Origin: a virus
Direction: 5' to 3' (one strand)
DNA: 64,000 bases
Virus record (IMG/VR): IMGVR_UViG_3300033149_006574
Location: 1 to 64,000 of that record
Below, piece after piece: positions 40,063 through 49,125 of this stretch. The position numbers and the translations under genes were made by a program. The notes below the pieces were generated by a model that saw only the letters and a list, made by a program, of their open reading frames with translations, was not told the DNA's origin and did not search any database. Positions within the stretch are counted from its first letter, which is position 1. The number at the start of each line of letters is the position of its first letter.

Positions 40063-40305
40063 ATGTTGAAAAAAGATGTAATTGGTTTAATTTTACTCTG
40101 TATTGGGTTAGCTTTAGGTGCATGGCTGGGAGCTAAGATAATGTTAATTGACGGGATAATTCAGATAATCGAATCAATAAAAGCTCATCCAACAATTACC
40201 TCAGGAGTTACTTGCGGAATTGTTCGTGTTTTATTTTCGGGTGTGATTGCTTGGTCAATTTGGGCTATAACTATTGCAATATGGAAATCTTTCTTTTCTG
40301 ATTGA
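40063..40305 (+). CDS. Two-TM membrane protein
   Basis: Two hydrophobic helices. Confidence 0.6.
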   Translation: MLKKDVIGLILLCIGLALGAWLGAKIMLIDGIIQIIESIKAHPTITSGVTCGIVRVLFSGVIAWSIWAITIAIWKSFFSD

Positions 40306-40479
40306 CATGAAAATGCCTAAAAACATCAAAAAACTTCGTTCGGTTTGTTGCAATGCAAGAATAAATGTATCTAAATTCTTCCCTGATTTTTTGAGGGATG
40401 ATCCTAAAACAATGAAGCAGGGAACAAGCTATTTCATTTGTGTAAAGTGTGGTAAGCCATGTAATGTAAAAATAGAAAA

Positions 40480-41061
40480 ATGAAATTTGGAAAAGATTTA
40501 ATCATATTTGATTTAGAATGCACAGGTAGTGATAAAGAGCTTTATTCAATTTGCGAAATTGGTGCTGTTCGGGTATGCAGAGTTTCGCTTATAATTATAG
40601 ATGAATTTCAATCACTAGTTAAACCCTATATTAATAATTTTGAACCAGAAGCAATGGCGGTTCATAAGATACCTATTGAGATGCTTCAAAAAGCACCTGA
40701 TATAAATATAGTTCTTGATAAATTTGAAAATTGGATTGCTAAGGGTAATAATTCAAAATTGGAATCAAATGAACTTGCCTGTCGTAAGGTTACACTTGCT
40801 GGCTGGGGTGCTTCATATTTCGATGTGCCATTTTTACAAGAGGCATATAAAATCATTAATCGCCCCTGGCCATTTGATTATAAGGTAATCGATGTAAAAA
40901 CAATTGTTCGTTGGGAGTTTGCAAAGCAAAATAAACCCTTTAGAGGGGGGTTAGATAAATGTAGTAGACGATTAAATTTTACAATGGAAGGAACACATCA
41001 TCGTGCTATCGATGACGCTAAAACAACAGCTAGAATTTTGAGTGCAATTTCTTATTGGTAG
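40480..41061 (+). CDS. DEDDh 3'-5' exonuclease
   Basis: FDLECTG, FD..FL, HHRAIDDA. Confidence 0.9.
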   Translation: MKFGKDLIIFDLECTGSDKELYSICEIGAVRVCRVSLIIIDEFQSLVKPYINNFEPEAMAVHKIPIEMLQKAPDINIVLDKFENWIAKGNNSKLESNELACRKVTLAGWGASYFDVPFLQEAYKIINRPWPFDYKVIDVKTIVRWEFAKQNKPFRGGLDKCSRRLNFTMEGTHHRAIDDAKTTARILSAISYW

Positions 41062-41070
41062 ACAAAACCA

Positions 41071-41409
41071 GTGCGAAAAATAAGATATTTATATAATAGA
41101 GAGACAGAAAGAACCTTAGAATATCTTAAACAACGATTACATAAAGTTAGGGTTGTTCTTGCAGGACCACAGACTATTGATAAAGAGCATTTAGGCGAAT
41201 GCTATAGGGACAATGGTAGAATAAAGATTAGAATTAAAGCAAATACCAGGAGCATAAAAAAAGTTCTTTTACATGAGATATTAGAGGCAATAGCGATGAT
41301 TCTCTATAAAACGAATCAGGTCATAGATGTCAATAAAAATACCAATATAGAAATATTTGACCACGCCAATATAGATAGAACAGTAAAAAAAATATTAAAA
41401 CAAAAATGA
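41071..41409 (+). CDS. Metallopeptidase-like (HExxE) hypothetical protein
   Basis: LGEC...I.I...LLHEILEA. Confidence 0.5.
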   Translation: MRKIRYLYNRETERTLEYLKQRLHKVRVVLAGPQTIDKEHLGECYRDNGRIKIRIKANTRSIKKVLLHEILEAIAMILYKTNQVIDVNKNTNIEIFDHANIDRTVKKILKQK

Positions 41410-41792
41410 GCTATCAAAAAATAAGAAAGCCGGTAATTTGTATTGATTTTGATGGTGTAATAGCAAATTATGATGAGGGCTGGAGGGGAGAAAATGTCTT
41501 TGGCGATCCCATACCATTTGCCTCAGAAACAATTCAAAAATTAAAAAGTGATGGCTGGTATATAGTCATTTTTACTACTCGGCAGGAAACAAAAGAATTG
41601 CGTGAGTATTTATCAAAAAATAATATACCTTATGATGCTATAAATTCAATAGAGCATAATCCTCCGAATACTTCTATCAAACCGTTCTTTGATATGATTC
41701 TTGACGATAGAACGCCACATACTTATGGTAAAAAATGGAACTGGAAAAAGATTTATAAATTAATAAGAAAACATTATCCACCATGGTTTTAA
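41406..41792 (+). CDS. HAD-superfamily phosphatase
   Basis: IDFDGVI, FTTR, KP...LDDR. Confidence 0.85.
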   Translation: MSYQKIRKPVICIDFDGVIANYDEGWRGENVFGDPIPFASETIQKLKSDGWYIVIFTTRQETKELREYLSKNNIPYDAINSIEHNPPNTSIKPFFDMILDDRTPHTYGKKWNWKKIYKLIRKHYPPWF

Positions 41793-41797
41793 TCTAA

Positions 41798-42568
41798 ATG
41801 CTTGCAATAAAAAATACAATACTCTGTGATGATTGCTTGAAAATTTTACCCCAAATTCCTGATAGTTCAATTGATCTTGTGTTTACTGACCCGCCATACA
41901 ATGAAAAATATAAATATAGGGGTACGGGTTTTATAGATTATAGGGAAGATTATTATGAATTTCTGGAAAAAGTTTTGATAGAATTGAAAAGAGTGCTTAA
42001 AAATACAGGTTCTTTATATATAAAACATTCTTCACGACAAATAAACAAATTAATACCATTATTAAATAAGTATTTTATATATAGAAATCTAATCGTCTGG
42101 ATATCAAATTCTCAAGCTCACCCAAAGAAAAATTATGATAGTTTCTATGAGCCAATTTATTTTTATACTAAAACAGATAATTATATTTTTAATAAAAGGG
42201 CTGAATTTAGAGCTAAACCACCAAATTATTGGTCAGGTTGTGGTAAAGAATTTGTAGGACTTCTAAATAATTGTTTCTATGATATAAAAAAGATACAAGC
42301 GGGCTGTTTAAAAAAAGTAGAGGGTGATACCATAGGTCATGAAAAATTGCATCCTTGTTCAATGCCAATACGATTAGCAGAAAGAATAATTAAGGTGTCA
42401 AGCAATGAAGGAGATATTGTAATGGATCCATTTGCTGGCTCCTGCACCACAGCAGTTGCAGCTATAAGAACAAAAAGGAATTTTATTTGCATAGAAAAAG
42501 AAAAAATGTATGCTGATTATGGGAAGCAAAGAATTAAAAACATCCAATATCAAAAATTATTGCTATAA
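41798..42568 (+). CDS. DNA N6-adenine/N4-cytosine methyltransferase (beta class)
   Basis: TDPPY; HP; DPFAGS.TT. Confidence 0.92.
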   Translation: MLAIKNTILCDDCLKILPQIPDSSIDLVFTDPPYNEKYKYRGTGFIDYREDYYEFLEKVLIELKRVLKNTGSLYIKHSSRQINKLIPLLNKYFIYRNLIVWISNSQAHPKKNYDSFYEPIYFYTKTDNYIFNKRAEFRAKPPNYWSGCGKEFVGLLNNCFYDIKKIQAGCLKKVEGDTIGHEKLHPCSMPIRLAERIIKVSSNEGDIVMDPFAGSCTTAVAAIRTKRNFICIEKEKMYADYGKQRIKNIQYQKLLL

Positions 42569-42599
42569 ATAATTTCTAAGATTTGAAGGAGGAAAACTT

Positions 42600-43115
42600 A
42601 TGGACAAAAAGGAATCATCAGAAAAAAAGAACATAGCGGGCGAAAAAGTAAAGGTGGAAGTTGAAATTAATTATTATGATTATAAAGTATTGGAGGAACT
42701 TGCTAAAAAAGAGGGGAAATCGCATGGAAAACAGATAACTGTTTCGGATTTAATTAGAAAAATCGTTTACAAAGAATTAAGCTTTTTATCCTCAACGGTA
42801 AAAGAACAAAGAGAGATTTTCGACTATTGGAACAGTAAAGAGGTTATAAAGCATAAAAACTTTACTAGATGTCGTAGACATATTTCGTCAGCACTCAGGG
42901 TATACAAGGTTGAGGAGATTAAGCAAGCAATTGACAATTATGTAACTGTTTTAAATGATGAGCGAAGTTATTGGAATTATAAATGGGATTTAATAAGTTT
43001 TCTTTTAAGGGGTGTAGATAGGTTCTTAACTTGTAATAAACCGCTTCAGTCTTTTCGTAAGTTTACCGGTTCTAAGAAAGATGAAATGCCAATTAAATAT
43101 AATAAATTAACCTAA
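42600..43115 (+). CDS. Replication initiator/helicase-loader-like protein
   Basis: IFDYWN...IKQAIDNY...W.L..FL; directly upstream of DnaB. Confidence 0.6.
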   Translation: MDKKESSEKKNIAGEKVKVEVEINYYDYKVLEELAKKEGKSHGKQITVSDLIRKIVYKELSFLSSTVKEQREIFDYWNSKEVIKHKNFTRCRRHISSALRVYKVEEIKQAIDNYVTVLNDERSYWNYKWDLISFLLRGVDRFLTCNKPLQSFRKFTGSKKDEMPIKYNKLT

Positions 43116-43118
43116 AAA

Positions 43119-44441
43119 ATGGCTTCCAAAGAAATATTTCAGGATAAAGAAGCTGAAGAAGCTTTACTTGGTTGTTTCCTAATAGATAACAATATTTTAG
43201 ACCTTGCTCTTAGTTATTTAAAAAAGGAAGATTTTTATTTTAAAAAAAATCAATTTCTCTTTGAGCAAATGCTCAAAGTATATAAAAAGCAAGGTGCATT
43301 TGATTATGTTATATTATATCCATTAGTAAAACAACAAATATCCTCACAAGAACTTCTTGATTTAATGGAAAAGCCATCGACAGTTCAGATGGCAAATGCT
43401 TATCTAAAGCGTATAAAAATCCTCTCCTGTGAAAGACAAATACAGAATCTTGTTTTAAAATTACAAGGACAAAGTCAGTCAATAGATAACGTTCAGCTAA
43501 CAGAAAAAATAGGATTATTAAAAACAGAACTTAATAAAATAGAAAATGAATTAAATCTAGAAGAAGAATTTAATTTTCAAAAGGATTTAACCGAAACGCT
43601 GGAAATAACTGAAGAATTAACAAAAAAAGAATCATTAGCATTTCCAACAAATATACATATCTTTGACAAACATTTTGGAGGATTTCATAGACAAAGAATC
43701 TATATTCTTGGTGCAAGACCGGGGCATGGTAAAACCTCTTTCTTAGCATGGTTTACTGCTAATATTAGTAAATATGGATATAAAGTACTTTATATCAGTC
43801 CAGAAATGGCTAAAAAAGACCTTATTTTAAGAATGCTCTGTAGTCAGTCAAATATTGAGAATCGGATACTGGAGAATCCTAAACTATTAACAGAAGAAAA
43901 TTGGAAAGTTATAACAAATACTGCGGCTAAGATGTATGATTATAAAATAGCCATTTATGATAAAAAATGTTCCATTCAACATGTAAATTTTCTTGCCCAA
44001 AAAATAAAACCAGATATTTTAATTATTGATTACATACAGCATATGCAATTTAAAAGTATGGAATTTCGTGCTATAGAGATTAATAATATTATGAATGAGC
44101 TTAAAAATATAGCTAAAGAAAATAATTGCAGTGTTATTATAGCTAGTCAGATAAGCAGACAGATAGAGGAAAGGCAATCTAAACTACCAATGTCAAGTGA
44201 TTATAAAAGCTCTGGGAGTATAGAAGAAGGTGGAGATATGGCTATGTTTTTATTATGGCCATATAAATTTAATTTAAGAAATAATCCTAAAACACATTCT
44301 CCCTGGCAGGAAGAAGATAAACATATAATCACGATAGTTATATCGAAAAATAGATTTGGTCCGACAGGAGATTTTGAGTTAAGATTCAATTATGAGAATT
44401 ATTCTTTTGAAAATTTACAATTACTAAAAGGAGGAAGTTAA
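43119..44441 (+). CDS. dnaB: Replicative helicase DnaB
   Basis: EAEEALLG, GARPGHGKT, SPEM, IDYIQ, SQISR, SGSIEE, KNRFG. Confidence 0.95.
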   Translation: MASKEIFQDKEAEEALLGCFLIDNNILDLALSYLKKEDFYFKKNQFLFEQMLKVYKKQGAFDYVILYPLVKQQISSQELLDLMEKPSTVQMANAYLKRIKILSCERQIQNLVLKLQGQSQSIDNVQLTEKIGLLKTELNKIENELNLEEEFNFQKDLTETLEITEELTKKESLAFPTNIHIFDKHFGGFHRQRIYILGARPGHGKTSFLAWFTANISKYGYKVLYISPEMAKKDLILRMLCSQSNIENRILENPKLLTEENWKVITNTAAKMYDYKIAIYDKKCSIQHVNFLAQKIKPDILIIDYIQHMQFKSMEFRAIEINNIMNELKNIAKENNCSVIIASQISRQIEERQSKLPMSSDYKSSGSIEEGGDMAMFLLWPYKFNLRNNPKTHSPWQEEDKHIITIVISKNRFGPTGDFELRFNYENYSFENLQLLKGGS

Positions 44442-44443
44442 AA

Positions 44444-44692
44444 ATGGGGTATGATTTAGAAAGGCGAGTAGAAGATTATCAGAGGACAACGGAAAAATTA
44501 GTAACAGAAGTAAGAGAGTGTTTCAATAAAAATAAAGAAAGGACGGGAGAGGCAAAGGGACAGGAAGTTTTACTCTTTTTAGCATGCATTCTAACCTTTA
44601 TCCGTGCTGTTATGCCACCTGAAATGAGAAAAATGTTTATGGAAATGGCAAGAAAAATGGAAGATGAAAAAATATCGAACAATACTTATTGA
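44444..44692 (+). CDS. Helical hypothetical protein
   Basis: ORF with SD. Confidence 0.5.
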   Translation: MGYDLERRVEDYQRTTEKLVTEVRECFNKNKERTGEAKGQEVLLFLACILTFIRAVMPPEMRKMFMEMARKMEDEKISNNTY

Positions 44693-45218
44693 TCCACCCT
44701 GGCAATTAAAATTGACAGGACTATATCGAACAAGAAAATTACGTCCTGCGAAATTAGTATATCCAACAATGACGATAGAGGAAATAAAAAAAATACCGAT
44801 AAATGAACTTGCTGATATTGGCTGTCATTTATGGTTATGGGTTACCAATCAAACATTACCATTGGGGTTTGAATTAATTAATCATTGGGGTTTTAAATAT
44901 CATGCCCCAATTACTTGGGTCAAACCCTCTGGTTGTGGAAATTATTTTGTGCATAGAACACAACATATCCTGTTTGCTTACAAACAAAAATGCCAATTTA
45001 ATAAAGCACGGTATAAACCAACAGTATTCTTTACCTCTATTCCTAAGCGACATTCAGAAAAACCAGAAGAAAGTCATCAATTGATAGAGAGCATATCTGA
45101 TGAACCAAGATTAGAACTTTTTGCACGTAAGAAACGAAATGGATGGGACTGTATTGGTAAGGATATAGATGGCAAGGACATTTTAAATTACTTTTTTTGG
45201 GCTTTTCATAAACCATAG
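44664..45218 (+). CDS. MT-A70-family adenine methyltransferase
   Basis: IDPPW, LWLWVTN, HSEKP, LELFAR..GW. Confidence 0.9.
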   Translation: MKKYRTILIDPPWQLKLTGLYRTRKLRPAKLVYPTMTIEEIKKIPINELADIGCHLWLWVTNQTLPLGFELINHWGFKYHAPITWVKPSGCGNYFVHRTQHILFAYKQKCQFNKARYKPTVFFTSIPKRHSEKPEESHQLIESISDEPRLELFARKKRNGWDCIGKDIDGKDILNYFFWAFHKP

Positions 45219-45430
45219 AAGGAGGTAAACTATGAAAAAGCGAATTGAAATCACCAAAGTTAAGAATGGTTATATTGTTGAGTGTGAGGATTCCAATAAT
45301 ACTACAAAAATTTATGAAGCTGATGATAAAGACCCAGTTATTAGAATGTTATATGATATATTGAAATATTTTGATGAAATGAGTTCTTAGATATGATTTA
45401 AGAAAGATTGAGGATTGAGGAGGAGAACCA

Positions 45431-45679
45431 ATGAGAAAAGACGCAGTTATCGGTGAAGTTTATGGTGAACCTGCAGAGTCAAAAGAGATATTTGCAAAGT
45501 ATAAGCAAGAACGCCACGCTAAAAATGTGTGGAAAGCAAGGTTTATCGTGGTAGCAATACTATGGATTTGGTCTGCTATCTATGCTATGAATTTAGAACA
45601 GAAATTGCGGATAGCACAAAGTCAACTGGAGATAGCAAGGCAGGGAGTAGTAAATTTGGCTGAACAGGAGGAGAGATGA
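45431..45679 (+). CDS. Single-TM hypothetical protein
   Basis: TM helix plus coiled coil. Confidence 0.55.
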   Translation: MRKDAVIGEVYGEPAESKEIFAKYKQERHAKNVWKARFIVVAILWIWSAIYAMNLEQKLRIAQSQLEIARQGVVNLAEQEER

Positions 45680-46044
45680 AAAATCTGATGAGAAATCTGA
45701 TGGAAGAAGCAAACAATGCAGTAAGATGGCAAAGGCAAGTAGCCCGTGATGTGTATGAGCTTTCGCAAAAATGGGCAAGAAATGCCATAGATAATGAGAT
45801 ACCTTATGGTATTTTATCTTTTGCGATTGCTGAACCTCAAATTGCTGTAACAATAACTGCATTAACATCAACATTTAAGGACGAAGATATTCCAACTATG
45901 TTCTTTATTCCTGCAATGGTACAGAACTTAGCTAAAAAAATAGATAAATCTCAAATGCAAGGAATAAAAAAACTTGCTGAAATATTAGTTAAATTGACAG
46001 AAGAAATTGAGAAGAAAGGAGAGGTAACTGATGGACAGGATTGA
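45676..46044 (+). CDS. Hypothetical protein
   Basis: ORF with SD. Confidence 0.55.
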   Translation: MKNLMRNLMEEANNAVRWQRQVARDVYELSQKWARNAIDNEIPYGILSFAIAEPQIAVTITALTSTFKDEDIPTMFFIPAMVQNLAKKIDKSQMQGIKKLAEILVKLTEEIEKKGEVTDGQD

Positions 46045-46241
46045 CGGAATGCAAAAAGATGAAAAGTATTATCATGCAGATATTACGCTTCATTTACAAT
46101 ACCCGCTGGAAAATGTAGACCACCCGGAGGAAATAATAAGAGGATTGCTTGAAATGCCCCTTGAAGACCTTATCAAGAAATGCGGGGGCAGAAAAGTAGT
46201 ATCCTGCGAAGGGTGGACTGCGGAAGAGGAGATTTGAATTA

Positions 46242-46382
46242 TCGGACAGTAAATCCCGACAGGACGCCACTTGTGTTCCTCTCCATCGGGTGAGCAAAAG
46301 CAAGGGCTATATCCCTGTCGGGTATGTCCGAAAACGGGGGCTGGTTTCCTTTTAGTGGTTGTTGTGGTTGACCAGCTTCCCC
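46242..46382 (+). ncRNA. Putative structured RNA (rod-like hairpin plus second hairpin)
   Basis: TCGGACA/TGTCCGA, CCCGACAGG/CCTGTCGGG, inner stems; then GGGGGCTGGT/ACCAGCTTCC. Confidence 0.4.
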
Positions 46383-46398
46383 AGAAAGCGAGGTCACT

Positions 46399-46692
46399 AT
46401 GCCAATAGATAAGAATGATTACCCGGAAAACTGGAAGGAAATTTCCTTAGCAATTCGTGAGCGTTATGGGCATCGCTGTCAGCGGTGCCATACCGTATCA
46501 AAACCCAAACATGTATTAACGGTTCATCATTTAGATATGGACCCGAAAAACAATTCACTTTCAAATCTGGTGCTTCTCTGTCAGAAGTGCCACCTGCATA
46601 TTCAGGCAAAGGGTAAGATGGACATGAACAGGTTTTATGACATTTTGAATGCGGAGAAGAACTTTGACAAAAGACAGGGGAAGCTGTTATGA
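46399..46692 (+). CDS. HNH endonuclease
   Basis: YP.NW, CQRC, LTVHHLD..N...NL..LCQKCH. Confidence 0.9.
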   Translation: MPIDKNDYPENWKEISLAIRERYGHRCQRCHTVSKPKHVLTVHHLDMDPKNNSLSNLVLLCQKCHLHIQAKGKMDMNRFYDILNAEKNFDKRQGKLL

Positions 46693-46734
46693 GCTGTTTC
46701 TATCAGCCAGCCCCCCCAGAAAGCGAGGCAAGAA

Positions 46735-46911
46735 ATGAATGGATTAAAAGTTGGTGATAAAGTAAAGATAATAACGAAAGGTTATTTGAAGGGGCAAATT
46801 GGCAAGGTTATTAACACAATCAAATTTCCAAGGGAATTTTATATGGTTCAGCTTAAAGGGAGTATTCAGGAATATCTCTTTTTAAGAAGTGAATTACAGA
46901 AAGCGAGGTAA
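46735..46911 (+). CDS. Small KOW/SH3-like protein
   Basis: Hand translation: MNGLKVGDKVKII.KG..KGQIGKV (58 aa). Confidence 0.55.
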   Translation: MNGLKVGDKVKIITKGYLKGQIGKVINTIKFPREFYMVQLKGSIQEYLFLRSELQKAR

Positions 46912-46914
46912 AAA

Positions 46915-47094
46915 ATGAGAAAGCATAATTATCTTATAGGATATAAAGATGGAAAGAATGGTATTTTTGATAACGAGTATTTTTTCATAGAGTTACTTAC
47001 TTTGTCGCAAGCAAAACAAAAGCTTAAAATCTTTTCTGATAACCCGAACCTGAAAATCTACAAACTTGTGGAGGTAAAAAATGACAAAACTTGA
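46915..47094 (+). CDS. Small protein, paralog of 22858-23025
   Basis: MRKHNYLIGY...TLSQAKQKLK...KIYKLVEVK (59 aa). Confidence 0.65.
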   Translation: MRKHNYLIGYKDGKNGIFDNEYFFIELLTLSQAKQKLKIFSDNPNLKIYKLVEVKNDKT

Positions 47095-47505
47095 AAAGAA
47101 AATTATTTCTATTCTCGTCCCATTATCGGCAAATGCGCACAAAAGTGAAATAACAGATGACCAAAGGATGGATGATATAGAAAATGCAACGCAAAAAATT
47201 ATTACCCTCATCAAAGACCTTCTGCCTTGCCCTGTTACACTTCCTACAGCCACATATTATCGTGAGAATGCTGAAGGTTGGAATGCTTATTTTGCAGAGA
47301 TTTTACGCAGGATAGAGGAGGAGTAAATGAATGATATAAATAATAATTACCCACCGGGAATGACAGATATGGATTATCGTTATGTAGGCGAAAAACCTGC
47401 ATATTATTGCAAGAAATGCCATCGTTGGCTATGGTTCCCTTGTAAAAATTGTCCTAATCCTGAAGAATGTTTTTGCGATGGCAAATATAACAAAAAGGAC
47501 GACTA

Positions 47506-47736
47506 ATGGCTATCCGAAAGAAAACGGTTTGGGTTGCAAAATGTAACGGTCTATGCGGTAAAAGCATAATAAAAGATATTAATTTTATCTCGTTCTACTA
47601 CAAATCCGACCTGATTGCAGAACTAAAAAGGCAGGGATGGCATATAGAGAAATACGACAAGGTCTATTGCCCTTCTTGCTACAAAAAGAGACAGAGGGCA
47701 AAGGCACAAGTGAAAAAGAACAGGAGGAAGCCTTGA
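47506..47736 (+). CDS. Zn-binding hypothetical protein
   Basis: C...CG...GW...YCPSC. Confidence 0.6.
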   Translation: MAIRKKTVWVAKCNGLCGKSIIKDINFISFYYKSDLIAELKRQGWHIEKYDKVYCPSCYKKRQRAKAQVKKNRRKP

Positions 47737-48524
47737 CCTTCTTGAGCGTAATGTCTGGTTGCGGTGGAATGGATTTAGGAATAGAAAGGAGCGGATTCAA
47801 ATGCAAAGGACAAATAGAGATAATGCCATATGCTTTGAAAATCTTGAAGAAGCATTGGCCAAAAGTCCCGAAACATACGGACATCTTGACCTTTTGTGTG
47901 CGGGATGGCCTTGTCAGGACAATTCAATCGCAGGTAAAAGAAAGGGTATGCAGGGTAAAAGAAGCAGTTTATGGAGTGAAGTTAGAAGACTCATCGGAAT
48001 ATTCTACCCTAAATGGCTTATGCTCGAAAATGTTCCCGGACTTTTCTCTGTCAACAATGGCAAGGACTTCTGGCAAATCATATCCGACCTCGATTCGCTC
48101 GGGTATTGTGTGGCGTGGGATGTGCTGGACTCACAAAACTTTGGAGTGGCACAACGAAGAAAAAGAGTGTTCATTATCGGAAGTTTTGGAAACATCGGTG
48201 CATCCAAAATATTATTTGAGCCGAAAGGCAGTAGCAGGAATGATAAGGCGAAGCAAAAAATGGGGGCGAGGGGGTTATGTATTTCTACAAGAGATGGAGA
48301 AAGGAATGACCCGACGAATGAAACTATTATCGCTTCAACAATTGGAACAAGCACTAACCCCGACCCCAACTACGGAACACACTTCATCGCACAAACAATC
48401 GGAGCATCCCCAAGAGGTAATACTTCCTTTGTATGGCAAGACACTTATATTGCGGAAACTAACTCCCATAGAAAAAGAGAGATTACAGGGATTACCAGAC
48501 AATTGGACTCTCGTAGAGGAATAG
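47733..48524 (+). CDS. C5 cytosine methyltransferase subunit A (motifs I-III, beta-like segment, IX)
   Basis: AGGAGG-TTG 47733; SVMSGCGG, IE, HWP..TDI; SLSEVLE..PKYYLSRKA; LRKLTPIEKERLQGLPDNW. Confidence 0.75.
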   Translation: MTFLSVMSGCGGMDLGIERSGFKCKGQIEIMPYALKILKKHWPKVPKHTDILTFCVRDGLVRTIQSQVKERVCRVKEAVYGVKLEDSSEYSTLNGLCSKMFPDFSLSTMARTSGKSYPTSIRSGIVWRGMCWTHKTLEWHNEEKECSLSEVLETSVHPKYYLSRKAVAGMIRRSKKWGRGGYVFLQEMEKGMTRRMKLLSLQQLEQALTPTPTTEHTSSHKQSEHPQEVILPLYGKTLILRKLTPIEKERLQGLPDNWTLVEE

Positions 48525-48604
48525 TTATTGGCAATGCTGTTACTGTTCAGGTTGCACAATGGTTAGCGAAAAGAATTATAGATTATGAAAGAGGACTTTT
48601 ATGA
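47801..48604 (+). CDS. C5 cytosine methyltransferase subunit B (motifs IV-VIII and X)
   Basis: AAGGAG-ATG 47801; GWPCQ, ENVPG, QRRKRVFIIG, GNAVTVQV. Confidence 0.85.
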   Translation: MQRTNRDNAICFENLEEALAKSPETYGHLDLLCAGWPCQDNSIAGKRKGMQGKRSSLWSEVRRLIGIFYPKWLMLENVPGLFSVNNGKDFWQIISDLDSLGYCVAWDVLDSQNFGVAQRRKRVFIIGSFGNIGASKILFEPKGSSRNDKAKQKMGARGLCISTRDGERNDPTNETIIASTIGTSTNPDPNYGTHFIAQTIGASPRGNTSFVWQDTYIAETNSHRKREITGITRQLDSRRGIVIGNAVTVQVAQWLAKRIIDYERGLL

Positions 48605-49125
48605 CCAATTATCATAAAAACAGATTTGGCAGACGCTACACAGACCGTCTCACACACAAAATTTCTTATGTAATTGCGATATTCTTGCTTCTGACATACT
48701 TTTGTATGACAACCATAAAAATATCGCCTCAAAACGAAAATATGAGCCTCAAGAGCGATAATAAACAGGAGATAGAGGCAATCATTTCAGAGTTAGCTCC
48801 TCAATATGACCTTGACCCTGAATTGGTAAAAGCAATGGTTCAAGTAGAAAGTCAGTGGAAAGCAACCGCAAGAAGCAAGAAGGGCGCAATAGGTCTTATG
48901 CAGGTTATGCCAGAAGTATGCCAATTGTATGTGAAACCCCTGAATTTGAGCGCAGAGGAGGCAAGAAAGTTATTGTATCTAAAGAGGTTCAATCTCCATA
49001 TCGGAATGGCACACCTGAGGGCTTTGCAGGCAAGATGGGGTGATAAGGCATTGGACATATATTCTGGCGGTGCAAGGGATTATGTGAGCAAGATAAGATT
49101 GGCGATGAGGAAGGAGGAACGATGA
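48601..49125 (+). CDS. Lytic transglycosylase (SLT) with N-terminal membrane anchor
   Basis: LVKAMVQVES, GAIGLMQVMP, N..IG..L, YSGG. Confidence 0.9.
   Translation: MTNYHKNRFGRRYTDRLTHKISYVIAIFLLLTYFCMTTIKISPQNENMSLKSDNKQEIEAIISELAPQYDLDPELVKAMVQVESQWKATARSKKGAIGLMQVMPEVCQLYVKPLNLSAEEARKLLYLKRFNLHIGMAHLRALQARWGDKALDIYSGGARDYVSKIRLAMRKEER

Larger units (their letters stand above)
38650..40069 (+). pseudogene. Small phage gene interrupted by the IS element
   Basis: MKKIFKYQIP..LPKGSRIL..Q.QDGIPYLSIP (to 38772) rejoins in frame with DDSSVQFIGMFQ..YVFHLFE (39977-40069). Confidence 0.7.

Noticed and set aside
28416-44692. Possible paralogy among helical ORFs at 28416, 28774 and 44444
   Set aside because: Only a loose hydrophobic-helix-Pro pattern; not supportable without alignment statistics.
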